A stretch of DNA of 64,000 nucleotides, from NCBI GenBank assembly GCA_951406725.2, contig OX597838.1, forward strand, positions 13,516,001 through 13,580,000, in the 5' to 3' direction. The stretch is from Octopus vulgaris. Its lineage: Eukaryota. Under the pieces are notes generated by a model. It saw only the letters and a program-made list of their open reading frames with translations. It was not told where the DNA came from and made no database searches. Below, one piece after another: positions 24,703-36,804 of this stretch. Within the stretch, counting starts at the first letter, position 1, and every line of letters starts with the position of its first letter. The position numbers were made by a program, and so were the translations under genes.

Positions 24703-26349
24703 TACGACAGGCTTCTTTCAGTTTCCATCTACCATATCCACTCAAGGCTTTGGTCGGCCCAAGGCTATAGTAGAAGACACTTGCCCAAGGTGCCACGCAG
24801 TGGAAATGAACCTGGAACCATGTGGTTGGTAAGCAAGCTACTTACCACACAGCCACTCCTGCGCTTATATTTAACATAATATCATAAGGTAACTGATATC
24901 TAAAAGATATAAAACTTTCAAGCAGGCAATGCAGCAGATCTAAAAAGCATTTAACCCTTTAGTGTTCAGATTATTCTGTTAAATGTAATACTTTTTCACT
25001 CAAATTGTTTGGAATTAATCATGCATTATCTTATAGCTTTGAGGTTTCAATGATGTCATCATCAATGTTTATTTTTAGAACGTCACTGTAGGTTAGGTGT
25101 GAGAGGCTGGATATCGCCAGTTTGAATATAAAACATGTATAATATATTGGGCCGGATGTGGCCGGTTTAAACACTAAAGGGTTAATGATAAATCCAAGAG
25201 GCATTAGAAAATGAGTGAATGAAAGACTGAGCAAATGAATGAAAGCAAAAAAAAAAAAAAAAAAAAATTCCTTACTGAAAATAGTTTCTGTACAAGCCAT
25301 CCATGGTATTGACTAAGTGTTTCATCATAGGACTTTTGAATGAGTGGATGTAGTGACTGAGATGTTTTTCCAGCTTTGTGTTCTTCCAAATATCCAGACA
25401 GAAAAACATATATGAATTCTAGAGCTCTAAAAGTAGAAATAACACCATCGTCAGGCTCGTCAATTTACTCGTTGACTCATCGTGTTAAGTGAATCTCTTT
25501 CAATTTATGTGGAACCCAAGTATCAAGCTTCTTAACAAGTCCAAGATATTTAGAATTATTTTCAATTGTTGTGCGATACATATAACACCTCTGCAATCTA
25601 TCACACACAATCAGATTCAATAATGGCTTTGATTCAGTCATCATCAACTTCAGTGGGTCGACCAGAATATTGGTCATCTTTGAGTGAAAAATCTCCAGAA
25701 TGGAATTCTTTATATCATTTCTGACATGTGCATTCTGTTAAGTAATCAATACCATAAACTTCACGTCTTTTTGTGAGTTTCACCAGCTTTCTTGCCTTTA
25801 CGGAAATAAAAGGCCAAAATATTGTGAAAATGTTTGTTTTTTGCACTCAATGTTAAAATTGACACTGAACTAACAGTTGGAGACAAAATTATGTGCAATT
25901 TGCTTCTAAAGTAAACTAAAAGTAACAGATTTCAAATGTCAAAGGGTAAAAAAATCATAACATTGACAAAAGTCATTAAAAAAAAATTGTAACTATTTAT
26001 GAAAAATGAAATTACTTTCTTGCCAACCCTAGATATATACACACACACACAAACACACATATATATATACATATATATATCACGTGATCAGATGTTGCTA
26101 CACATCGCTGGTCACAATGCGTTCGCATTGTTTTAGCCTTCGAATGACGCCACCCCGCTGGATAAGCGAGCAGGCCAATATATATATATATACATATATA
26201 CAAAATGAGAAAATGGAGAAATATATCTAAATCATTCATCAACTATCAGATAATACCGAATCATATACTTTATTAAAACACTACACAAGAGCATTAAGAT
26301 TAGACATTAATACAGTACAATAATTACAATCAATATAATGAGATATAAC

Positions 26350-26389
<40 letters not shown>

Positions 26390-29300
26390 TACATATATAT
26401 ATATATACACATACATATATGCATACTTACACATATGCACATACATATGGTTCAAATGTACAGAAAACAAAAGACCAAGACAGGTGAGGGAATAGCAAGC
26501 AGGTGTATTAATTTGACTCCCAGGAAAAATGGAAAAGTCTTTGATATTTTGAGCCTATGCTCTTTGACAGAAAAAAGATGAAAGGCAAAAAATGGAGAGA
26601 TAATGAAAAAAAATGAACAATTTGGGATTAACAGTTCTACATATTGAAATGACTGGAATAAAAGAAGCCAATGAAAGGGAAGATAACAGTGACTCATCTG
26701 AACTGAGTGTGCAAGTGCATGTGTGTGTGTATATGAGGATGTTGTGTGTGTGTGTGTGTGTGTGTGAGGGGGTGATCATAAGATTAGCACTCCACACAAA
26801 TGCATACAATAAATGTAGTTCATCATCACCAGCATCATAGTTTAGCATCCGTTTTCCATGCTAGCATGGGTTGGACGGTTCAACTGGGGTCTGGGAAACC
26901 AGAAGGCTGCACCAGGCCCAGTCTGATCTGGCAGTGTTTCTACAGCTGGATGCCCTTCCTAACGCCAACCACTCCGTGAGTGTAGTGGGTGCTTTTTACG
27001 TCGGTTGGTCGGTTGGTGCTTTTTACGTGCCACCGGCACGGAGGCCAGTCGGAATGGCGTTGGCAACGGCCACGTTCAGATGGTTCTCTGATGTGCCACC
27101 GGCACTGGTATCATAGCTACAATTTCCATTGATGTTGATCGATTTCGATTTTGATTTCAGTAGTTCTCAGGGGGGGGGGGCGGATTCAGCATGACAGTGT
27201 GTCAAGGCTGACCCTTTGAATTACAGGTACAATTCATTTTCCGTCAGCTGAGTTAACTGGAGCAGCGAGAAATAAAGTGTCTTGCTCAAGGAAGAAAGCA
27301 TTGCAAAACAAGGAGAGGGAGAAAAACATAAAAGGTGAAGATTACATATAAGAGGAAAGACATATTGCAAGGTAAGAGGAAGCAAACCCCAGCTAATCTT
27401 TATATATAAAAGTGAAGTTGTGTGTCTGTCTCCTACGATTTAGATTCCTAACTACTCCCACATTTTGCAGTGCAGTTTAACCAAAACCGGGTATCTTATA
27501 GTCGTGATTCATATCGAGCCCTTCTGGGTATTAGCACGCGTCTACGATGAGTTTACAATTTAAAAAAAAATTTACCATCAATTTTTCCCATTTTTGGCAT
27601 ATATAAGGGAAGTAACTCTCTAAAAATTTATTATTAAATCTCAGAACGTAAAAAGCTACAGTAACACCCCCTTTGTGGTTAGCCATATTGACATGGCTAT
27701 TATACTTTACATCTCTAAAAATGCTTATATAGTTATTTCCCTTACAAACCTGAGCAACGCCGGGCGATACTGCTAGTTAGAATTAAATTTATACTGGACA
27801 AAATACAGATGGAGTGCCTAAAATGATTACCTCTTCAACCAGAGTCCACTGATGCCAGCATAGTTTGTTGTCTTGTTCTCTTGTTCATCCAAGAACATTG
27901 CTTCAAGGTGGGAGAAGGTAGCAGGGTCCGTGTCATACTTGGTTTGTAGTTTCTGTAGTAAGGAGACAATTTATGAAGAACATATACAATGAGGTAAACC
28001 AGGGGTTTCCAAACTTTTTTGTTGTTATCGCCCACTTTTCCACACACAAAAATTCCCATCGCCCACCTGTGCAGTAATTTTCAGGATGCAAAAATAAAGC
28101 GCATTCAGAACGGTTGCTTAAAAAAAATGAAATATTGCAAAATGGGCATTCGGAGTTGAAACGTTATTCAGAAGAATGATGTTTTTGATTGCTAAATGTT
28201 TCTCAATGAAATAAAATTGAAAAATGATACATGTATTAAATGTTCAACAAACTCACCATTGGTTACCTATAACCTATTTCTTTATTACCCACAAGGGGCT
28301 AAACACAGCGGGGACAAACAAGGACAGACATAGGTATTAAGTCGATTTGATCGACCCCAGTGCGTAACTGGTACTTAATTAATCGACCCCAAAAGGATGA
28401 AAGGCAAAGTCGACCTCGGCGGAATTTGAACTCAGAATGTAGCGGCAGGCGAAATGCCGCTAAGCATTTCGCCTGGCGTGCTAATGATTCTGCCTTGGTT
28501 ACCTATAACCTTTGACTCATCCACTTGTATTCAGAAGATTGGAGAATTTGAATGAGTTGAGGACATTCCTGGCCATTTCATCTATTCGTCAAGAAATTGT
28601 ATTGTTACTAATTGGAATTTTCTTGGTAATCGTGTCAGACTTCTTGTGCATTAGAGTTGACAGAACTTCTTCAATGACAGGTCGAAGCAATGTTTCTCCT
28701 ACAGTGTGGGACTTCCTGGTCTTTGCGACCAGTAATGCAATATTGTACGACACAATCATACCATCATTTTCCTGTACAGTTGCTTCTGTAAACATCGTGT
28801 TCAGTGTTTTCTGCTTTTCGAAAGAAACCTTAAGTTGCCAAAAAATGACAATGGTTTGTCTTTTTTGTCAGAATACTTGGAATCAAAATGGTATTTCAAG
28901 TGTGAAGGCTTCATAGATTCATTGCTCAAAGTTTGCTGGCATAGAAGACAGTTCTGAGGAGAAGCAATAAATCCATAGGACAAATAATTAACGCTGTCCT
29001 GGTGACAAGTTTTCTTTACCGGAGGCATCAGGAAAGTAAAAATTCGAAAAAAGAATTCATAGAAGCAGAATCGGCAAAGGCAGAAATTCACAAAGCACAC
29101 TGATGTGTGTGCATCCAATGCAAGTGTAGCGACGTGGTTAATGGGTCTGGTCACTACTTTTGATCTCAGAATAGCCCTAAAAATGACTTATCATCATCAT
29201 CATCGTTTAACGTCCGTTCTCCATGCTAGCATGAGTTGGACGGTTCGACCGGGGATCTGGGAAGCCAGAAGGCTGCACCAAGCTCCAGTCTTATCTGGCG

Positions 29301-32300
29301 ATGTTTCTACAGCTGGATGCCCTTCCTAACGCCAACCACTCCGTGAGTGTAGTGGGTGCTTTTTACGTGCCACCTGCACTGGTGCCAGGCGAGGCTGGCA
29401 TCGGCCACGGTCGGATTGGTGCATTTTACGTGCCACCTGCACGGAAGCCAGTCGAGGTGGCACTGGCTTCAGCCACAATTCGGATGGTGCATTTTACATG
29501 CCACCTGCACGGAAGCCAGTCGAGGCGGCACTGGCTTCGGCCACGATTCGGATGGTGCATTTTACGTGCCACCTGCACGGAAGCCAGTCGAGGCGGCACT
29601 GGCCACATACGATAAAGATGAACGGATGAGGGAACAACAGATATAGTTTGTTCAGTGATTTCTTCCATACATGAAGTGGCAATACAGAAGTACCAGGAGT
29701 GTGTGAGCAGCAGAGGAGAGAAACGATGATATGCAAGCTGGGTCTGCCAAAGGTCAACTGGCGAAATCGTTTGAAGCCACTCTATTTATGCCAAAATAAT
29801 CATTTGATGTTTAGCCACTGTGTAGGCGTTTTATTTTGGTGACTAAAGAGTTGTTTGTCTCACTGGGGTGTGGTAGCTAGGTAGCAGATAGTGTTGTTTA
29901 GCTGTATACTACTTCCTTAGTTTAGACTAGGGAAAACATAATTACCAAAAATCCTTTATCGCCCACCATTTCTTAACCCTTTCATTACCAACCCGGCTGA
30001 AACCGGCTCTGGCTCTGAGTACAAATGTCTTGTTTTCGTAAGTTTTGAATTAAAATCTTCCATCAAACCTTGGTCACAATTTATGTTCCTAGCTGAATGA
30101 TAATTAAGTTATTTTACTAAATTCTTTGTTATATTTAAAGTAATTGAAAGAAACACAGATCATCTCAAAATAAATATAGTAATGAAAGGGTTAAAAATTT
30201 GTTTATCGCCCACCAGTGAGCGATATTGCCAGGTTGGGAAACCCTGATGTAAACATGCCATACAGCCACTGACTTTTTCCTTCTTGTTGTATCCAGGCCA
30301 ACCTAACCCCAACCCAGTAAAAATATGATCAAAGAAAAATACTCTGGCACTGAGCCTCATCGTTTACTTTGGTGGCAGGAGTCAATAAAGAACCAGTCAA
30401 GTACTGGAATTGATTTATCTTCTCTCATTCTCTCCCTTGAATCAACACTGAACACAATGTTTATGGAAGCAACTGATGGTATGATTGTGCCGTACAATAT
30501 TGATTCAACAGCACAAGACTGACCACGTCAAGAAACCCACCAATCTTTCCACTGCCCCTTCACTATTCAATGGTGCCCCCTCAGATTTACTCTACTTCAG
30601 CATTATTACAAGTGTCCACCCAGAATATTCTGAAGTACCCCCAGGTACCAAAGTCTGGCAGCAGGTCAGACACCAAATTGTCATAGTAACATTCAATTTT
30701 CTTTCTTTTTCTTGGGCAAGTGTCTTCTGCTATAGCCTCGGGCCGACCAAAGCCTTGTGAGTGGATTTGGTAGACAGAAACTGAAAGAAGCCCGTTGTAT
30801 ATATGTATATATATATGTATGTGCGTGTATGTTTGTGTGTCTGTGTTTGTCCCCCTAGCATTGCTTGACAACCGATGCTGGAGTGTTTACGTCCCCGTAA
30901 CTTAGCAGTTCGGCAATAGAGACCGATAGAATAAGTATTAGGCTTACAAAGAATAAGTCCCGGAGTCGAGTTGCTCGATTAAAGGCGGTGCTCCAGCATG
31001 GCCACAGTCAAAATGACTGAAACAAGTAAAAAGAGAGAAAGAGAGATATCTATACAGTGTGTTTCTTTCGGTTTACAATAACCAAATCCACTCACAAAGT
31101 TTCGGTTAGCACAAGGTTATAATAGAAGACACTTGCCCAAGGTGCCACCAACAGTTTGAACTTTCTTGCCCTTGGTTTGACATCTTCGACATCAGCAGTA
31201 ACGATCTGCTTAACATATTACTTGACTCTACAATCTTTTCCGTATCAACTTTAAACCAAAAGGCAGTCCGAATATATTAGAACTTGAACTCTTACCTCAA
31301 TGTTTCCAGTAATATCAGATCGAATTGGTGAGAAAGTAGTTCCAAAGCCTTCTGCAATAGAAAAGAAAATATTATCAGGACTATAACCTCATTCACCAGT
31401 GCGTAACCGGTACTTTATTTATCGACCCCGAAAGGATGAAAGGCAAAGTTGACCTCGGCGGAATTTGCTCTCCGGAATCGAACCCTAATTCCCCGTTGCC
31501 ACCACATAATTGATTTATTATCTCTCTCACTGAAATACTGGTATATTCACTTTGAATCCCTAGCTCCACTAATATAAATTACCTCCCCCATAATTACTAC
31601 CTAACTAAACCACCTTTAATATTAATTTCTATCTCTATTACACTTGCTTTTAGCATAATTTTATAAAAATCTCTTATACTAGTTAATATCTTGTACACAC
31701 AATGAGTAACCTTCTATCAACAAATGAAAATAGACAGTCTACCAATGAACAGGATATAAGTCTTTTTCAGGTAACATGTCAGAGAGATTTAGTTGAGTTA
31801 CTTGCCGTTTTTATAATGCAGCACTATTTATAACACCCACTTGCAGCTAGGTAGACTGGACAGCCAAGGCAGATAGGCTAAGTTTTTATGTTAACATGAA
31901 AATGCAATGTTCATGGTTACAGTAGAATTCTGGCGACAAAATATAAGCTACTGATCTCTCACAAGCTCAGCTGTTACCCAAACCACTCAGCCATTCATAT
32001 TCTTTCCAGACTATAAATACACAAGTGAAAATCAAAATCAAAATCGATCAACATCAATGGAAATCGTAGCAGTGATACCAGTGCCGGTGGCACATAAGAG
32101 AACCATCCGAACATGGCCATTGCCAGCACCACCCCGACTGGCCTCTGTGCCGGTGGCACGTGAAAAGCACCCACTACACTCATGGAGTGGTTGGCGTTAG
32201 GAAGGGCATCCAGCTGTAGAAACATTGCCAGATCAGACTGGGCCTGGTGCAGCCTTCTGGCTTCCCAGACCCCAGTTGAACCATCCAACCCATGCCAGCA

Positions 32301-33739
32301 TGGAAAGCGGACGCTAAACGATGATGATGATGATAATTAGAAAAGAGATCTTATTCCACTTTGTAGCTAATAAAGGCTGTGACATTTTAATTACTAATCA
32401 CTAATGATTGTCACCTCTTGAACCAACTTCAGGGTCCAGGATACACATCCTTTGTGCTCCCACTTCATACCTCTCAGAACAAATTGCAGGCTTACTGCTT
32501 ATTGTACTGGCATTGAGTGGAGACTGCAATGTATTTTTGAGCACTCTCCTCCTGAGACCCAAACACATCCCTTGTTAACCCATGCAATAGACAATGTGGT
32601 ATGGTCGTTCTTATTTGTATTATATATATATATATGTTTACGTGTTTTCTTAGCACGGGTGTGTGTGTGTCAGTCTGATCTGGCATATGATGCCCTTCCT
32701 ATCCGCGATGTATACATATATGTGTCTGTGTGTATATATATATATATACTGAGATGCATATACACACACACACACACATTTTTGTGAGTAACACTTAACA
32801 CATACCAGGCCAAAATTTTCTTGCTATATACTGCCAGCTTTGACCTGCATTCTGTAAATACACACACACACACACAATTAATTTTAAACAATTTTAAACA
32901 GGCTTTACATCTGTGAGTAAAGTCTTAAACGTTTGAAGTTGTTGAATTTGTCCCAATTTATAAGCTTTATACTTTCTAAGTCGTTTGACATGAGCTGGAG
33001 TCATTCTGCTTACGCTTTGCATTTGATTCATAATGCTTAATGAAATAGCTTTCTAAATTATCCAAAAGCATTTCTACTCTCTTCCTATAATAGTGTCTCT
33101 ACTTTAATTTCTATTCATTTACTATTCATTACCCTAATTATATTTGCATACTATATCTTACTCACTACTAACCATAATCATAAACCGGTATTATTCAATC
33201 TGCTGTGATGATTCAAACAAACTTACAAATTAATTAAGGGTATATTTTTTCCTCCCTCTGAAGAAATTAAGCTCAGAAGCATGATTTTATACTTATTTAA
33301 CCTCACTAAACTAATTAAAACAGCCATAATGGATAATGATCGATTTTTTGCTGATAATAAACTCTTATTAACTTCAATATCTCTATTTTCTTATTCTTCA
33401 TTTGCATGATTATAAACCATGGTTTATATATGAACCTGTTATTTTTATGGATTTAATCCTCTCCTCAAAATATTAGGTACTGAACCAATTTAAATTTAAT
33501 TTGTCAAAATATTTTCGTCGCTTTGAGACCGCGACCTGTTCACTGATAAAACTTAAGTGAATCATACGGTTTTTGTGTGTTTCTTAAATTGCTTATAAAC
33601 ACCTTCCACGCTGCAATTGTTTTCGTTCCAGCACACGATCTCAGATCAAGTCACTCGCTATGCAAGTACATCTCCGTAAACACACCAGCATCGGTTATCA
33701 AGCAATGCTAGGGTGAAAAACACAGACACACAAACATGC

Positions 33740-33770
<31 letters not shown>

Positions 33771-36744
33771 CGACGGGCTTCTTTCAGTTTCCGTCTACCA
33801 AATCCACTCACAAGGGTTTGGTCGACCCGAAGCTATAGTAGAAGACACTTGCCCAAGATGCCACGCAGTGGAACTGAACCCGGAACCATGTGTTTGGTAA
33901 GCAAGCTACTTACCACACAGCCACTCCTGCGTATGTATATATATATATACTACATGGATGATATTTTCAATCAAGACATTACACCTGTATCTGCTTCAGT
34001 GCTTCAATTCTGTGTACGTACATATATTTACTCTGTTGTTGACTTTGATCAATGGTTTCTCCTGTTAATTTGATGCACAATTTTCTATCATTAATACCAC
34101 TATTGATGTTTTTGACAATACGAGTGTGCTAGTTTTACAATAAAATAAGGGCAATTTTGCAACTGAACTGGTCAGATGAGTTTCATAGTTAACTGGGAAC
34201 AAAAAGAGCTGATGTCAATTACTTTTTAATGTAATTAAATATTCAAGGTTACAAGAAAAAAGAAAAAAATATTGCTACTGTCATTATTTGAAACTAGCCA
34301 TTGCCAAATTAACTGGTGAAACTTGTTTTTCTATGAAAGAAAATGAAGGTGGTAACAGTCCTTGAAGATTTTATTTCTTAACAAAAAAGATTTGAAGTGC
34401 CTCAGGATGGTCACAGTTTAACCCTTTAGTGTTCTGATTATTCTATCAAACATAATGCTTATTGATTCCCATTGATTTGAATTAACCATGCATTATCTCA
34501 TATCTTCAAGATTTTGATGGTGTAATTACTTAATGTATAATAACATTGTAAGGTAGGTGTGAGAGCCTGGATCTGGTCAGTTTGAACATAAAGCAGATTA
34601 AATATTTTGGCCGGATATGGCTGGTTTAAATACTAAAGGGTTAAAGTGTAAAGCAAGTAAAAAGTATATTAGCCCTTTAGCATTTAAACCGGCCATATCT
34701 GGCCAAAAGTATTCTGCCTGTTTTATCTTCAAAGTGGCCAGATCTGGTCTCTCACACCAACCCTACAATATCGTTTTAAAAATTAACAGCTACCTCATCG
34801 AAATCTCATAGCTACAAGATAATGCATGATTAGTTCAAAACAATTTGGATGAAAAAGCATTAATTTTGGTAGAATAATGCAAACACTAAAGGGTTAAATA
34901 AAAAAATATGCAGATGTTAAATTTTACCATTCTACTGATTTAAAAAAACGAAGGTTGTTTGAGTTGACTGAGGATGACTTGCATTAGGATTTTTCCTGCA
35001 AATGGTATGAGTGATATGTCTCTGTAGTTGTTACACTGAAGGCCATTTTCTTTTCTTTTATAGAGGTGTATGATGCAGACGTCTTTGAATTCTTGTAGAA
35101 TTTGCTTGTGTTCCAACATTGTAGCGAACAGTGCAAATAGTATATCCTGTATTCTCCGTCCACCACATTTGTAGATCTCAGCAGTGGAGGCGCAATGGCC
35201 CAGTGGTTAGGGCAGCGGACTCGTGGTCGGAGGATCGCGGTTTCGATTCTCAGACCGGGCATTGTGAGTGTTTATTGAGCGAAAACACCTAAAAGCTCCA
35301 CGAGGCTCCAGCAGGGGGTGGTGGTGAACCCTGCTGTACTCTTTCACCACAACTTTCTCTCGCTCTTTCTTCCTGTTTCTCTTGTACCTGTATTTCAAAG
35401 GGCCAGCCTTGTCACACTCTGTGTCACGCTGAATCTCCTCGAGAACTACGTTAAGGGTGCACGTGTCTGTGGAGTGCTCAGCCACTTACACGCTAATTTC
35501 ACGAGTAGGCTGTTCCGTTGATCGTATCAGCTGGGACCCTCATCGTCGCAACCGACGGAGTGCTCCTATTATAGATCTCAGCAGGAATTGCATCAGACCC
35601 AGCAACTTTACCATTGGTTAGTCATTTAAAAGTCAATTGAAAATCTCAAGTGTGTGTCACTTAGATGATTGTGGATACATGAGGGAGCTGGTTTACTGCC
35701 TCTACAATTATATGAAAGGGGCTATAGTAGAAGACACTTGCCCAAGGTGCCACGCAGTGAGACTGAACCCGGAACCATGTGGTTCATAAGCAAGCTATTT
35801 ACCACACAGCCACTCCTATGTCTATAAAACATATAAAAATTATGTCGCCACTACTTTGGTTACTATAATTGGTATCATTAGTTACACTAACCCTCAGGTC
35901 GTGGCTTGTATCCCTAGGGGTTATGCAATCAACGTATACGGGTTGCATGTGGGATAAAGAGGGTACCTCTGGTGGTCCATTGGTGCCATTAACATGAGCT
36001 GTCTGATCTACAGTACTACTGGCTAAAGTGGGATTAGGGGCAAGTTTATAGGTGCAAAGTTCTAATCTTGTCAAATATAGGTTGTAACCAAGCTAGCTGA
36101 CGGATGCAAGTTCTCAGTTCTCATTACATCTTGTTTACTATCATTATTTGTAATATTCTCATTGCTATACTCTTTTACTCTTTTACTTGTTTCAGTCATT
36201 TGACTGCGGCCATGCTGGAGCACCGCCTTTAATCGAGCAACTCGACCCAGGACTTATTCTTTTGTAAGCCCAGTACTTATTCTATCGGTCTCTTTTGCCG
36301 AAACGCTAAGTGACTGGAACACACGAGCATCGGTTGTCAAGCAATGCTAGGGGGACAAACACAGACACACAAACACATACATATATATATATATATACGA
36401 CAGGCTTCTTTCAGTTTCCGTCTACCAAATCCACTCACAAGGCTTTGGTCGGCCCGGGGCTATAGCAGAAGACACTTGCCCAAGATGCCACGCAGTGGGA
36501 CTGAACCCGAACCATGTGGTTGGTTAGCAAGCTATTCTCATTGCTATGCGTAGACAAATTACGATTGCTAGAATTACAACTTACAAGCAAATCATAACTT
36601 AAAGGGTTACAAGGATCTTTAGTATTACTGATATTTACATCATTAAGATTATTAAAGTTGTTATTAGGGGCTAAATCAATATTACTGCTATTATTATCAT
36701 CAATCCCACAGGCCAAAGAATACCCTTGTTGCTTACTTATTTTG

Positions 36745-36804
<60 letters not shown>

